Assembly: GCA_951406725.2 (NCBI GenBank)
Contig: OX597823.1
Span: 30,504,001 to 30,568,000 of the forward strand
Direction of reading: 5' to 3'
DNA length: 64,000 bases
Source: Octopus vulgaris
Lineage: Eukaryota
Every line of letters begins with the position of its first letter. Positions within the stretch are counted from its first letter, which is position 1. Shown here piece after piece: positions 18,094 to 29,830 of the stretch. Under the pieces are notes generated by a model, which worked only from the letters and a program-made list of their open reading frames with translations, did no database searches and was not told where the DNA came from. The position numbers were made by a program, and so were the translations under genes.

Positions 18094-19052
18094 CAGAAAT
18101 CACCCATCAGTATTCTTGGAAATTTAATTGTGTAATTCAGAATTTAAATTTATCATATTATCCTCATTAGTTTGGGTTGAGCCTACATTCATTAGCGCTT
18201 CTCATCATTTAATGTGTCTCTTCACCCTGATGCTTTTACAGCTATATATATAAAATACAGCCTACTTTAATGTTTGCTAGATTTAAAATAAACAAAGGAA
18301 TGTTTGTGGTATAATCCAGTTTGCAGTTTAAACGTATATGCTAATATTGCCAGAGACTTCTTAAATGTAATCGGTTTTCAATTACCAATGAACCGGAATT
18401 GGGAAAAGAGACAAGGATGATGGAATTACGTAGTTTAACGTCAAATGGTTAATCTCAACAAATAATTGATATGTGTCTCACATGGTAAGGCAGCGTTTAC
18501 CAAAATTTACATCGAAACTTTTCAAAGCAAAAACTTATTCCTTTTGTTTCAAGGTCTAAATAAATTGAGACATAGGGGTAATGTAGACATGCCTCGAAAT
18601 AATTATTTTTCAGCTATATATCTCCGACTAGATAATCCCAAGTACATTACGAAACTGTAGAACAATACAGGTCTTATGAAAACCGTTTTTAAAGTTTCCT
18701 TATTTTCAGCACGCATAAAATTTTCAAGCATTTCCCTCGCACTGTTAGACTTTTACACACGCGCAATTATCAGTTCTTTTGTGTTTTTATATTCTGCTTT
18801 GCCTTATCTTTTTCTTTCTTTTATTCTTTTACTTGTTTCAGTCATTTAACTGCGGCCATGCTGGAGCACCGCCTTTAGTCAAACAAATCGACACCCAGGA
18901 CTTATTCTTTGTTAGCCTAGTACTTATTCTATCGGTGTCTTTTGCCGAAACGCTAATTTACAGGGATGTAAACACACCAGCATCGGTTGTCAAGCGATGT
19001 TGGGGGGACAAACTGACACACAAATACGCACACACACACACACATACATACA

Positions 19053-19131
<79 letters not shown>

Positions 19132-19662
19132 TATACATATATATACTACGGACTTCTTTCAGTTTCCGTCTACCAAATCCACTCACAAGACACTTGCCCA
19201 AGGTGCCACGCAGTGGGACTGAACCCGGAACCATGTAGTTGGTAAGCAAGCTACTTACCACACAGCCACTTCTGCTCACTCTACGAATCTTTTCTCTCTT
19301 TTCCTATACGATCTCTTGGCGTGCCTTGCTCAAAGGCACAAAGTGCCATAGGCTGTACTTTATAGCATGAGCTGCAGTTTGGCAGACTGCACATACGACT
19401 TTTTCCTTCCTCCTTATCCTTTTATGTTCTTGCATGTTTGTATGTTCTTGTGGTAGTGCTATGTCATTGGAGTACCGAACCTGTTTTGTCCTGGGTATGG
19501 CTTTAAACTGCATTCAGTAGCGAGGCCCTGGTTCGGAACCTCCAAAGTTTTGAATGGTGTGGAATTACCTCTTCACCATTATTGGGCCCGAATCTACTCT
19601 GACCCGGGATGACTGCTCGTGTCGGTGTCCCACCTGTGGGTTGATTAAGATGTCTAGGAATT

Positions 19663-19880
19663 AAGGTAGCGATATGACAGAAACGTTAGCACGCCGGACA
19701 AAGTGCTTAGAGATATTTCGCCCGTCGCTGCGATTTGAGTTCAAATTCCGCCGAGGTCGACTTTGCCTTTCATCCTTTCTAGGTTGATAAATTAAGTACC
19801 AGTTGCATACTGGGGCCGATCAAATCGACTGTTCCCCTCCCCCCCAAATTTCAGGCCTTGTGCCTATAGCAGAAAGGATG
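19663..19880 (+). mobile_element. SINE family 'N' with a Deu/Nin-like central domain (more than 20 copies in the window)
   Basis: GAGTTCAAATTCCGCCGAGGTCGACTTTGCCTTTCATCCTTTC..GATAAATTAAGTACCAG. Other copies include 3968-4190(+), 10510-10730(-), 20420-20640(-), 22870-23165(-), 30245-30460(+), 35695-35905(-), 45570-45790(+), 48840-48990(+), 50760-50985(+), 56170-56325(-) and 59935-60420(-, two copies). Confidence 0.85.
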
Positions 19881-21056
19881 TCAGGGAATTACCTTTGGGA
19901 GGAGGTCATTCACAGACACTCCAACGGACCCAGAGTAGATAAGCCCATTCAGTACTTTATCTACTCTCCTAAGAGAAGGTAACTCCATACAATTCCTGCA
20001 TTTTGATTAATACTTGGCTCGTGTCACTTGTTGCACCAAACTAATGCAAATTGGAAGCACAAGAGAATAGGATTGGCTCTGCACAAACCATACCCGTTAC
20101 AGTGATATTCGTTGTACAGGCTGTTCTGCAAACAAAGCCACCAGCACCAACACCACATGGTGGTGATAGGGAAGCGGGGGTAACGGGGACAGGTAGAGAA
20201 CGCTATTGGATGTCTTCAGATTCGGTCCTCCACACAAGCGACCAAAAGATGATAATCGTTATTAAGCCGTGCTTTGCTGAATCCTCTCTCGTCAAAGTAA
20301 CGAGCGAGTCCGCTGGAGCCTATTAACTTTAGCTCTACAACATTCTGGATTCACTTCTACAATGCCATTTGCTGATTCTACAACAGGCCTCCATCCTCTT
20401 CCTTTAACCATAGTAATTATTTCTACTCTAAGCACAAGGCCTTGAAAGTTTTTTTGGGGAAAATGGTCTAGTCGATTACATCGACCCCAGTGCGTAACTG
20501 GTACTTATTTGATCGACACCGAAAAAAAAAATGAAAGGCTAAGTCGACCTTGGTGGTATTGAACTCAAAGCAAAGCAATGGATGAATTACCATTAAGCAT
20601 TTCGCCCAACAGGCTAACGATTCTGCCAGCTCGCAACCTTGCTTTAAGCGTAATGCTGTCTTGAAGAGGTTAAAAAGAAAAACAAGAATGTGGTTATTGC
20701 TGTAGTTGTTGTTGTTCTTCTTCTTCCAGTCAGGACTCTCGCCATTATCCACAAAGAATAATCTCTAATTCGAGCCTACTCTAAGCTACTAAGAATGCGT
20801 GTGTCAACTTGAAGATCCACCCACCACACTCGATAGATTAGCGGTTGCTACGTTGTTATTCTCATTCCGTAAACGGTGGCTTTTAACGGGTGGAGAGCTG
20901 AACCATCCTGGGGTACAGAGGATTCGCAATCTAGACTAGGGTTTGAAAGTTTACCACACCATAGAGGGTTACACCATGGTTCCTCTGCTTTGGGCAGAAG
21001 TAGGAATAAAGAGTGAGAGAAAGTTGTGGTAAAAAGAGTACATTATTAAGAGTAGT

Positions 21057-21437
21057 GGAGGCGCAATGGCCCAGTGGTTAGGGCAGCGGACTCGCGGTCG
21101 TAGGATCACCGTTTTGATTCCCAGACCGGGCGTTTTTAAGTGTTTATTGAGCGTAAACACCTAAAGCTCCACGAGGCTCCGGCAGGGGGTTGTGGCTAAC
21201 ACTGCTGTACGCTTTCACCACAACTTTCTCTCACTCTTTCTTCCTGTTTCTGTTGTACCTGTATTTCAAAGAAGCTAGCCTTGTCACATTCTGTGTCACG
21301 CTGAATCTCCCCGAGAACTACGTTAAGAGTACACGTGTCTGTGGAGTGCTCAGCCACTTGTACGTTAATTTCACGAGCAGTCTGTTCCATTGATCGGATC
21401 AACTAGAACCCTCATCGTCGTAACCGACGGAATGCCA
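21057..21437 (+). mobile_element. tRNA(Arg)-like SINE family 'R' (other copies at 31580-31962 -, 11021-11180 - and 51430-51724 -)
   Basis: GGAGGCGCAATGGCCCAGTGGTTAGGGCAGCGGACTCGCGGTCG head with A box and B-like box. The tail is shared with the Meta-type SINE. Confidence 0.85.
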
Positions 21438-21586
21438 CGATTAAGGGTGACAGATTAATTGAATCGTTCGAGTAATATCTAATTAAGGCAACTAATATTC
21501 TGAGTTCAAATCCCGCCAAGATCAACTTTGCCTTTTATTCCTACGGAATCTATAAAGCGAAGGGCCAATCGAGTACTGGGATTAGT

Positions 21587-21640
<54 letters not shown>

Positions 21641-22049
21641 AGAGGTGTGTGTATCTTTGTGTTTGTCCTCCACCATTACTTGACAATCGGTATTTGCTTG
21701 TTTACATCCCCCTTAATATATCGGTTCGGCAAAATAGACCGATATAATAAGTTACTAAGGTCGCTTTGCTAGACTAAACCCTTCAACGTGGTGCCCCAGC
21801 ATGGCCGCAATCCCATGACTGAAACAAGTAACAGACAGCAACATTCACAAATCGATAAAAGGATTCAGGTGTTATATAATATAGGTTATTGATTTGTTAA
21901 GAGGGAAGTGCAGTAACCGTGGCACTTTTCGGGGTTTCCGCCATTTGGAGCATCCACTCCGGCTCTTTACATTGTGAGTTCAAATTCAGCTGAGGTCATC
22001 TTTGCCTTCCATCTTTCAAGGGTCAATAAAATAAAGTACCAACCAAGTA

Positions 22050-22436
22050 TAGTAAAACCTCGCAGTACGAGTGCTCCATTATACGAGCAATTTGCTGTAC
22101 GAGCCGAGACTCGTGTACATTTTTGTCTTGAAGTACGAGCGGAAATCCACAGTACGAGCACAGAAATCGTTCCATCTTTAAGGTAATTCAGTTAATAAAA
22201 CCAGTTTACATATTTCTTTTGCATTCCCGTTTTTTTATGATTGTCATTTTTCATGTAACTACACCTTCTCGGTTTTAAAACCTGTAAAAAATTATTTTTG
22301 GGTGGTTTTGTGCGGCTGGAACGAATTAATTATGTTTTAGTTAATTTCAATGGAGAAAACTGATTTGAAAAACGAGTAAATCGTAAGACGAGCTCGGTCA
22401 TGGAACGAATCAAACTCGTACTGTGAGGTATCACTG
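22050..22436. mobile_element. pogo/Tigger-type MITE
   Basis: TIRs (t)agtaaaacctcgcagtacgag and ctcgtactgtgaggtatcactg, flanked by TA. It abuts a truncated family N SINE. Confidence 0.8.
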
Positions 22437-22542
22437 TATGATTATCGGAGACGTTGTGTCTGTGTTAGAAAGCATTGGGAGACGGAGTGGTGGATTGGCA
22501 AAAGGTACCTTGAAACCAGAAACAAGTGGATTCTAGTAAAGG

Positions 22543-22865
22543 AGAAGGCGCGTGGCTCAATGGTTAGGGCATTCGGCTCGCGATCGTAAGGTCGTTAGTT
22601 CAATTCCCGGCGACGCGCTGTGTCCTTGAGCAAGATACTTTATTTTCACTTTGCTCCAGTCCACCCAGCTGGCAAAAATGAGTTGTATCTGTATTTCAAA
22701 GAGCCGACTTTGTCACATTCTGTGCCATGCTGAACCTCTTTGAGAACTACGTTAGGGGTACACGTGTCTGTGGCTTACTCAGCTACTTGCTAGTTAACTT
22801 CACGAGAAGACTGTTTCGTTAATCGGATCAACTGGAACCCTCGTCGTCGCAACTGACGGAGTGCC
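22543..22865 (+). mobile_element. tRNA-derived SINE with a Meta/CORE-like domain, full-length copy
   Basis: A box TGGCTCAATGG, B box AGTTCAATTCC, TGTGTCCTTGAGCAAGA core, and the shared tail ending GACGGAGTGCC. Confidence 0.85.
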
Positions 22866-25479
22866 TGCTAGGGGTACTCCGGGTGACGGATTAAATCTAC
22901 CAGCCAAGTAGGTCATGGCTGGATTTGAACACAAAACGAAAAGAACCAGAACATTAACTACCAAGGTATCTCATCTCGTCCGACGTTCTACCAATCCTGC
23001 CAGTTCAGCACCCTTAAAACTGGTACTTTATATTTACCGACCCAGGAAGGATGAAAAGCGAAGTTAACCTCGGCGGGATTTGAACGCAGACGCAAGCAGC
23101 TGGAGGGAAAATAACCCACATGGCACTTCGTCCGACATTCCAACCTTTCGGCCAACTCGCGTCGATATTTCCTTAATTAGCTGAAGCCATCGTGAGGTTC
23201 TGGTCATACTGTAGCAATTTGTCCACTCTTGTTCGGTGTTTCCTTTCCGTTTCTCAATATTTGTTGTGTTGTATGTGCGTCATGATGCGTATGTGTGTGT
23301 GTGTGTGTGTATGTGTGTGTTTGTATGTATGTGTGTGTGTGTGTATGTGTGTGTGTGTGTGTTTGTGTGTGAGTGTGTGTGTTTGCGCGCGTCGCGAGTG
23401 AAAGTGACAGACAGGCAGGCAGACAGGCGGATTGTAAAATTGAATTTCTGATGTTTCTCCACATTAACCAGCTAAAGATGGAGCCATGAGAGATACACAT
23501 CTACGATAAATAGAGTCTGACATCTTTTTCAGGCACCATTATTGATTTCCAGATTTCATTGACTTCATAACAAAACAACATTGCTATTTTATGATAAGGT
23601 GGTATGATAAGATAAGGTTTTATAACAGAAACCACCTTTAAGCTCCAACTTCTCTAAGGTATATAGTAAACAGCTGTGGTATTGAAAAGATAATGTTGTT
23701 ATAACTTAAAATTTTCTACAGCAGATACCAACTTTAAGTCCCAAGTTTGCTAAGCTACAGAGTTGCAGACAGCTTGTGTGTGGAAGTGCTGTCAATCGAA
23801 AGCTCCACATTCCGGACGTCAGCGCGTTATGTTCTTGGATACAATTTTCATCTCGATTTGAATACCTTCGATCACAGGTCTGCGAGATAATGATGGGTTA
23901 GGACTAAACAATAAAAAACAAAACAAAAGATGTCCATATCGAATGCAGGGGATTCAAGTCAACAAGGGAATCTGTAAATAGTCGTTGGATTTGTCAGAAA
24001 AAGCTGCTAAATATCCCTCAAATAATAATCTGCTGCGTTAGAAATGAAAGGACACAGTGGATAATGCAGTCCAAGAGTTATTCTAAAATGGACATGGTGG
24101 TCATTATTGGAATCAGGACTGCTGAATTAAAACCAGTTGTCTGCTCAACTGAAAATGGGTTGGGTTTGCCGTCGGATGGTGCTTCGAAGACTGTTAACTC
24201 CAAATCTTGAAAATGCAAGATATTAACGACACATGGATGTGAGAGCAGACTATTGTTGATCATGGGTCAGAATGAAAGCTTTCACACAGCACCAGATTAT
24301 AGCCAAGGAGGAAGCCTCATCAAAAACCAGCTAATTAGACCCTACTCTGTGAGGAAAAAAAATATAATTAAAGTCTGCCTTGAGTCATACCTCTCCCCGT
24401 TCTGGAGTGTTTAAGCAACTAAGAGGAAAGTATCTCGCACCCCTAACGGGACACCCGTCTAGTTCGTTGCAGGGTTAAACTGCAGTCACAGCGGCAGTTC
24501 AGTGAACTGAAGTAACGTGAAATAAAGTGTCTTGCTCAAGGACCCAAAGCACTACTTGATCCCAGAATTGAACTCTCGACGTAAACGGTCGTGAGCCCAG
24601 CATGCTAACCCCTAGACCAAATGCCTTCATATAATCCAGATACATAGGATAATGTAATCCATGGTATACGAAAAGACAATCATGGTTGAAACATCTTGAA
24701 TCATAGGTTGCTTGGATCACGAATCACTTGGGGTGGAACGACAAACTGCAAAGGACATTTGAGTCTATCAAATAAAAAATCGATTATACATGTCACAATA
24801 AATGCTAGGAGATTATACGAAAAAGAGCTCCTATGACATTCATGTTTTCCTTGTGGATATCAAGCTCAGTAAAGGAAGCGAAAATATTTTCAAAGGAAAT
24901 TAATAGAAGTTTGCAGATAAGTAAAAACAAGAAGAAAAAAAAAAGAAAATTTCTAAGGGAAATAACTAGCTATGACTTAATTCGAAGGGAGATAATTCCA
25001 AATTTTCGTCACGTTAATTGCAACATTGAGCTCATTTGCTGTTTCACCTGTAATAGCTTGTGCTCTGAAAAGTCATTTGATATTCTAAGTGCAATACCTT
25101 TTTCGTTTCATTAACGGTGTTGGATGCTGTAGTAAATAAATGCTAGCGGTGGAGAAGGAGTCATGAATAAGTGGGGTATGCTTATGTTCTCTTGCTCTTC
25201 AAAAAAAAAAAAAAACGGATTATAATAGTCACACAGCAGAAAGCTTTCCAGGCCCCTGTCACAGAATCTGTTACTTTTCGTGTTTCACTTGTCCCCACAA
25301 ATTTCTATAACGTACCCACAAATGTTATTTATAAATTTTTATTTATTTATTTACTTTTTTTCATACACCTCTGACAGAATAGAAATTATTCCACTGACTG
25401 AATAAAGGAATTCTCTCCCTTACATCAGACACAATCTTTTTTTCTATGTATACCCGGGCCTATTCACCATTTTTTTTTT

Positions 25480-26385
25480 AGGAGGTGCTAGCCACAAGAC
25501 GCACACCAGGCATTCCATTCATTCCCCAGCAGAAATAGGCGAGCCCCGTCCTCTGCTCGGATCAAGGCATGAAAAGCAATTCCCGATATCAGCAGCGGGG
25601 CCCGATAGCATTTGCTGGTTTACCCCCACCGCATCATGCTTGTTCCGTACCCCTTTGAGCAGCATTAAATTCACTCATCCGTCCACAAACACTCTCCAAG
25701 CTTTCCTATCATTTATAAACTCTCTTGCTTCTCTCACTCCAACACCTCTAACCACCAAAGCTTTCTTCACTCCATCCATCCGCACAAACCGAGGTCTGTG
25801 TCTGGTTTCTGCTGCCTACCATTTCTGCCTTCATCACCATCCTTACGATCCGCTCCTCATCCATCCTCTCCATGTGGCCAAACCACCTCAACATTTGTCT
25901 TTCTATTTTGGTAGTTAGTTTTTCTCTCATTCCTGCCAGCCTTCACACCTCCTCATCCTGTCCACCTGTGTCACACCAACCATAGCCCTCAAAATATCTC
26001 ATCTCAAACACATCTAGGCACCACATTTTCGCCTCTGTCAGCCCCCACGTCTCTGCACCACATAAGATTGTCGGTATAATCACGCCCTCATACACATTTC
26101 TTTTCGCTTTCATACTCAACCTTTTATCTCTCAGCATACATTTCACAACTCCAAGTCTCTTACTCCCCTCCTTCCCACTTATCCTACTTTCTCAGCTACC
26201 CACAACCCCCTTATCCGCTGTCACATGTGATCCCAGATACTTAAAAACACTCACCTCTAACATCTCACTATTTATACTCACATTAATCCTACCTTCCATT
26301 CCATTTCTCTAACATATCATACACCTTATGCTTAGCTACATTCAATTTCAGTTTTCTCCTCTCACACACTCTTCCAAACTCTACT
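25480..26385 (-). mobile_element. RTE-clade LINE 3' fragment (RT C-terminus plus 3' UTR)
   Basis: FKYLGS, VYEGVIIPTILCGAETWGL, LDVFEMR, LRWFGHMERMDEERIV, DRKAWRVFV*. Frameshifted. Confidence 0.9.
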
Positions 26386-26671
26386 CGGTTGTGTCACCAT
26401 TTTTACCCTCTGGCACTTTATGTACCATTTATTTTATCTTTATTGTAAGGGCTGTGTGATGTGGTACTAAAGAGCCAGTCTCGTCACCTCACATCGCACG
26501 GTCCTTACAAAATGGTGACCTGACTTAGAACATGCATTGTTTCCGTAGTTCAGTGCCAGTTTTCATTTTACTTTAATGACCTACGTTCTTTCTAATCTCA
26601 TCTCTTCGCTACAAATATATTTTCCTTTTATCGTCTATTTTGTCTCCGACAATGACTGGTAAGGGGCTATA

Positions 26672-27292
26672 TGTAGTGTAGGCTTTATATATGCGTACAT
26701 TCGAACGTAGCAGGTAATAGCTAACACTTGGCCGCTGTTTGTATCCTGTTATGTCCACTACTCTGATTGGTTGGTATTGGCGCGATCTGTTTCCTACTTT
26801 GTTGTGCCAACATACCGCGGATAGCTAGTCAGAGACTTTAGATAGCATCCCTTGAACAACCTTTTTCGAGTCTACTGCTCCCTATAAAAGCCCAGCATTT
26901 TTCTCATTATACGTCGTTAGTTTCAGACCTTTTAAGGTCTAGACACTGACCACACAAGACACAGCCAGTTCCAGCGACAACACAACAGTAGCCATTTTGA
27001 GACTCACCAACTTCGTCCAACAGCATTCGGCGACTTCCGTCTCTGTCGCCACCATCGTCTTAACGTCAACATCTCAGCGTACACCTCCTGCGTTTTTTTC
27101 TTCTTTTCTTACATTTTTCAAAGGTCCCACCACCACCATCACCATCTCCTCTTGCTACAATTCAACCAAATTAAATAAACGACAAAATACTGCAGCTGAC
27201 ATGTCTGTCATCATTAAGAGACTAACTTGCACATAAACCCTTTGATTAATATAATAATAAGGGAAACCAAAACAACACTTTGACACACTACG
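26672..27292 (+). mobile_element. LTR-like sequence
   Basis: Starts TGTAGTG after the purine tract aagggg and ends CACTAC(g). TATAAAA at about 26883 and AATAAA at about 27174. Its post-TATA part is repeated at 29135 onward. An upstream CCTTACA-aaa-TGGTGACC-TGAC (26503-26524) resembles an LTR end plus a tRNA-Trp primer-binding site. Confidence 0.55.
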
Positions 27293-27607
27293 GTTGACGA
27301 AAGGAAGAGAGACGAAGTCAACCAGATCCAAGGAACAGAGGTCATTTTAGTATTGGTATAAAGAGCAGAGGAGACACAGCTGTCTTTGGCTCAACGGTGA
27401 AGTGCATTGGTGAGCAATTTTATGCCGATGAGACAGTCTCACTTTTTTCTGCACAGTATTGAAGTGCGTAAGTGTTATATTTGTTGTTTCGTTTGTTGTT
27501 AAACAAAGTGTTTAAAAAACACGAAACAATTTTAACTTGTTCTCCTGCCTTACGGCAGTCTGTTATCGCTTTCCCCTTTCGAACAAGGGGGTTGGCCCCA
27601 AGTATTA

Positions 27608-28900
27608 ATGATGGAATATGAAAGCCTCACCTCCTCGGAGCTTACGTCTTCTGAGGAGGAGCTGTTAAGGTCTGTTGAAATAATGGACGAATAGTTGAAG
27701 AGAAGGAATTTTGCGGCTGTCACCAGTGAGGTCAATCTGGCGGAGCTGGATAAATATAAGAACATGCTGTGTAGGGAGGGATGCGAAGTAAAAGTGTTCC
27801 GTCCCCAAGAAATTATGAAAGACACTAAGGAGAAAATGATATTACAACAAACATACTCCACGGAAACAAAGAAGATTGAGATAATGACAACTACACAAGT
27901 AGAAAGGGCTTTGAAACCAATCTGGCAAGATATCTCGTACCTTGCCAGACGAAGGAAGTACGGAAGATGAGTTTCCGAGAGGTAGCTGTTGCCCGATTAC
28001 ACTCAGCAACCCCTTTAAAAACAGAGGAAGTGGTACTTCTACCCATATACCTTGGAAGACGTGCTTCCAGAGTCAGGGTAGAAGATATACCACCAGAAAT
28101 TGACGTAGCCTGGCTAGTAGCTGCCATACTGCTAGGCAATGAAAAGAAGATAGTGGTCCTCCAGGCCACAAGAACGGCTCATAAAAATTGGCAAGGGCAG
28201 AGCCTGGATATGATTATCTAGGGATCCCCGGAAAATATCGAAAATTCAATAGAAACCATCGCTACAGAAGACGTAATAATCAGGGTCAGAGTGGAGGGCA
28301 GGACTCCGCGTTGCTACAAGTGTGGCCTAAAAAGCCATATTAGAGCGGACTGTCCTTCGCCGCCCCAAAAACCCCCAAGAAAGACCCGTGAGTAGGGAGG
28401 AAGTCGCACCACCAGCGCCAACAAAAGAAATGGAAGAAGCAAACAAAGAAGGAATGAATGGGAAACAGTTGGAATGTGAAAAAGAAAAAGAGGAAAAAAA
28501 TACATACTGTGGATGTAGACATCCACCCCACGTCCACCCAATACCCACTTTGCCCCATCCTCGCCCTACAGACGCCAAACCTCCTCACTCCTTTCCGACA
28601 CAAAGAAAAACGCACACACACGAGAACCCCAAAGCTCCCCCGACCCCGACCCGTGAAAAATGTAAATTCGTAGTAACATACGACTAAACAAATGCAAAAC
28701 TCTGAAATGTAATAGCATCTTGGGAAGACGTAATAACAGTGAATACGGCAACTTCTAGTGGGATATCATGGCGATATAATTGCGTGCTGGTAACCGAGGA
28801 GCAAATATCAAAAATAATTGAATACAAAGAGACTTTGAATACTGGGAGAAAATAATGGACACCAGTCAGTTACCAAGTTATATAGACTATCTTAAGCTCT
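27608..28900 (+). pseudogene. Disrupted ORF1/gag-like protein with a CCHC zinc knuckle (L1/Tx1-type ORF1-like)
   Basis: Near-continuous reading with stops at 27692 and 28219 and frameshifts. RVRVEGRTPR-CYKCGLKSHIRADC-P has CX2CX4HX4C at 28312-28353. It is followed by a T-rich UTR and AATAAA at 29118-29123; no ORF2 is visible. Confidence 0.8.
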
Positions 28901-29134
28901 GAAATGTTTACAATATTTATATTTTACAGAAGGACAGTACAACCTTAATTCGATCCCGTTCTAATAGAATAAATGAAGTCGCTCGGAGGTGGAGGTTGAA
29001 AAGCTTCGTTTCATTTTTTTCATTTTTCATTTACATCTCATTTTTTCTGTCATTCGTTTTTCGTTTTTTGCCCCCACATGTTTTGTATTGTCCCCTCTGT
29101 GTTGGCCTCTGAGAGGCAATAAAGAATCACTTTG

Positions 29135-29830
29135 GTTTCAGATCTTTTAAGGTCTAGCCACTGACCACACAAGACACAGCCAGTTCCACTGACAACTCCA
29201 GACGACAACACCCATCCAACAGCATTACGGCAACCTCTGTCTTCCTCACCACCATCATCATCAGCAACATCATCTCTACGTACACAGCTCAACAAGCAAC
29301 TCGCCCAGGTTTCAATACTGCACTGTTCGTGAATTACTTCACCATGGATCAACAGCGAATATATAACCTACGAGAACTCCTGTACCAAGTGACCCAGGCA
29401 GCAGCATTACAGCCACTACTCGCACGACATGTACCGCAACTGCCTCAGCATTGTGGCCGCAACTTCTTGCTATAGTATTTCAACAACCGTGTACAATTGA
29501 CTACGAACTGGTATTTCTCATTTCTTGTGTCTATGAACATTCGTCTAACTTCTCATTATAGGTTCCTTCACTGTCTCCTTCCTTGCTATTCTTATATGTA
29601 CTTAACGCACACGCATACCTATACACATACACTTTGTTCTCATGATTGCCTGTCTATTATTCTGTATACATGACGCGCACACAGGCACACGTGATAACGT
29701 ATCAATAAATCTTCTCTTAAACATTCTATCCGGTTGTGTCTCTCTCTTTTCCCTTTGCTACATATATGTATTATTCCAGCTTTCTGAACAGAGTCGTTAT
29801 TAAATGGTTTCACCGCATGAGACCACGACA
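29135..29830 (+). mobile_element. Second, diverged LTR-like sequence (5'-truncated)
   Basis: 29135-29280 aligns with 26921-27080. AATAAA at about 29704. 29726-29775 resembles 26381-26430. Confidence 0.5.

Noticed and set aside
21057-21130. tRNA genes at SINE heads (also 22543, 9250-9320, 32247)
   Set aside because: Each continues into a repeated body and tail and lacks a complete cloverleaf, so these are SINE heads.
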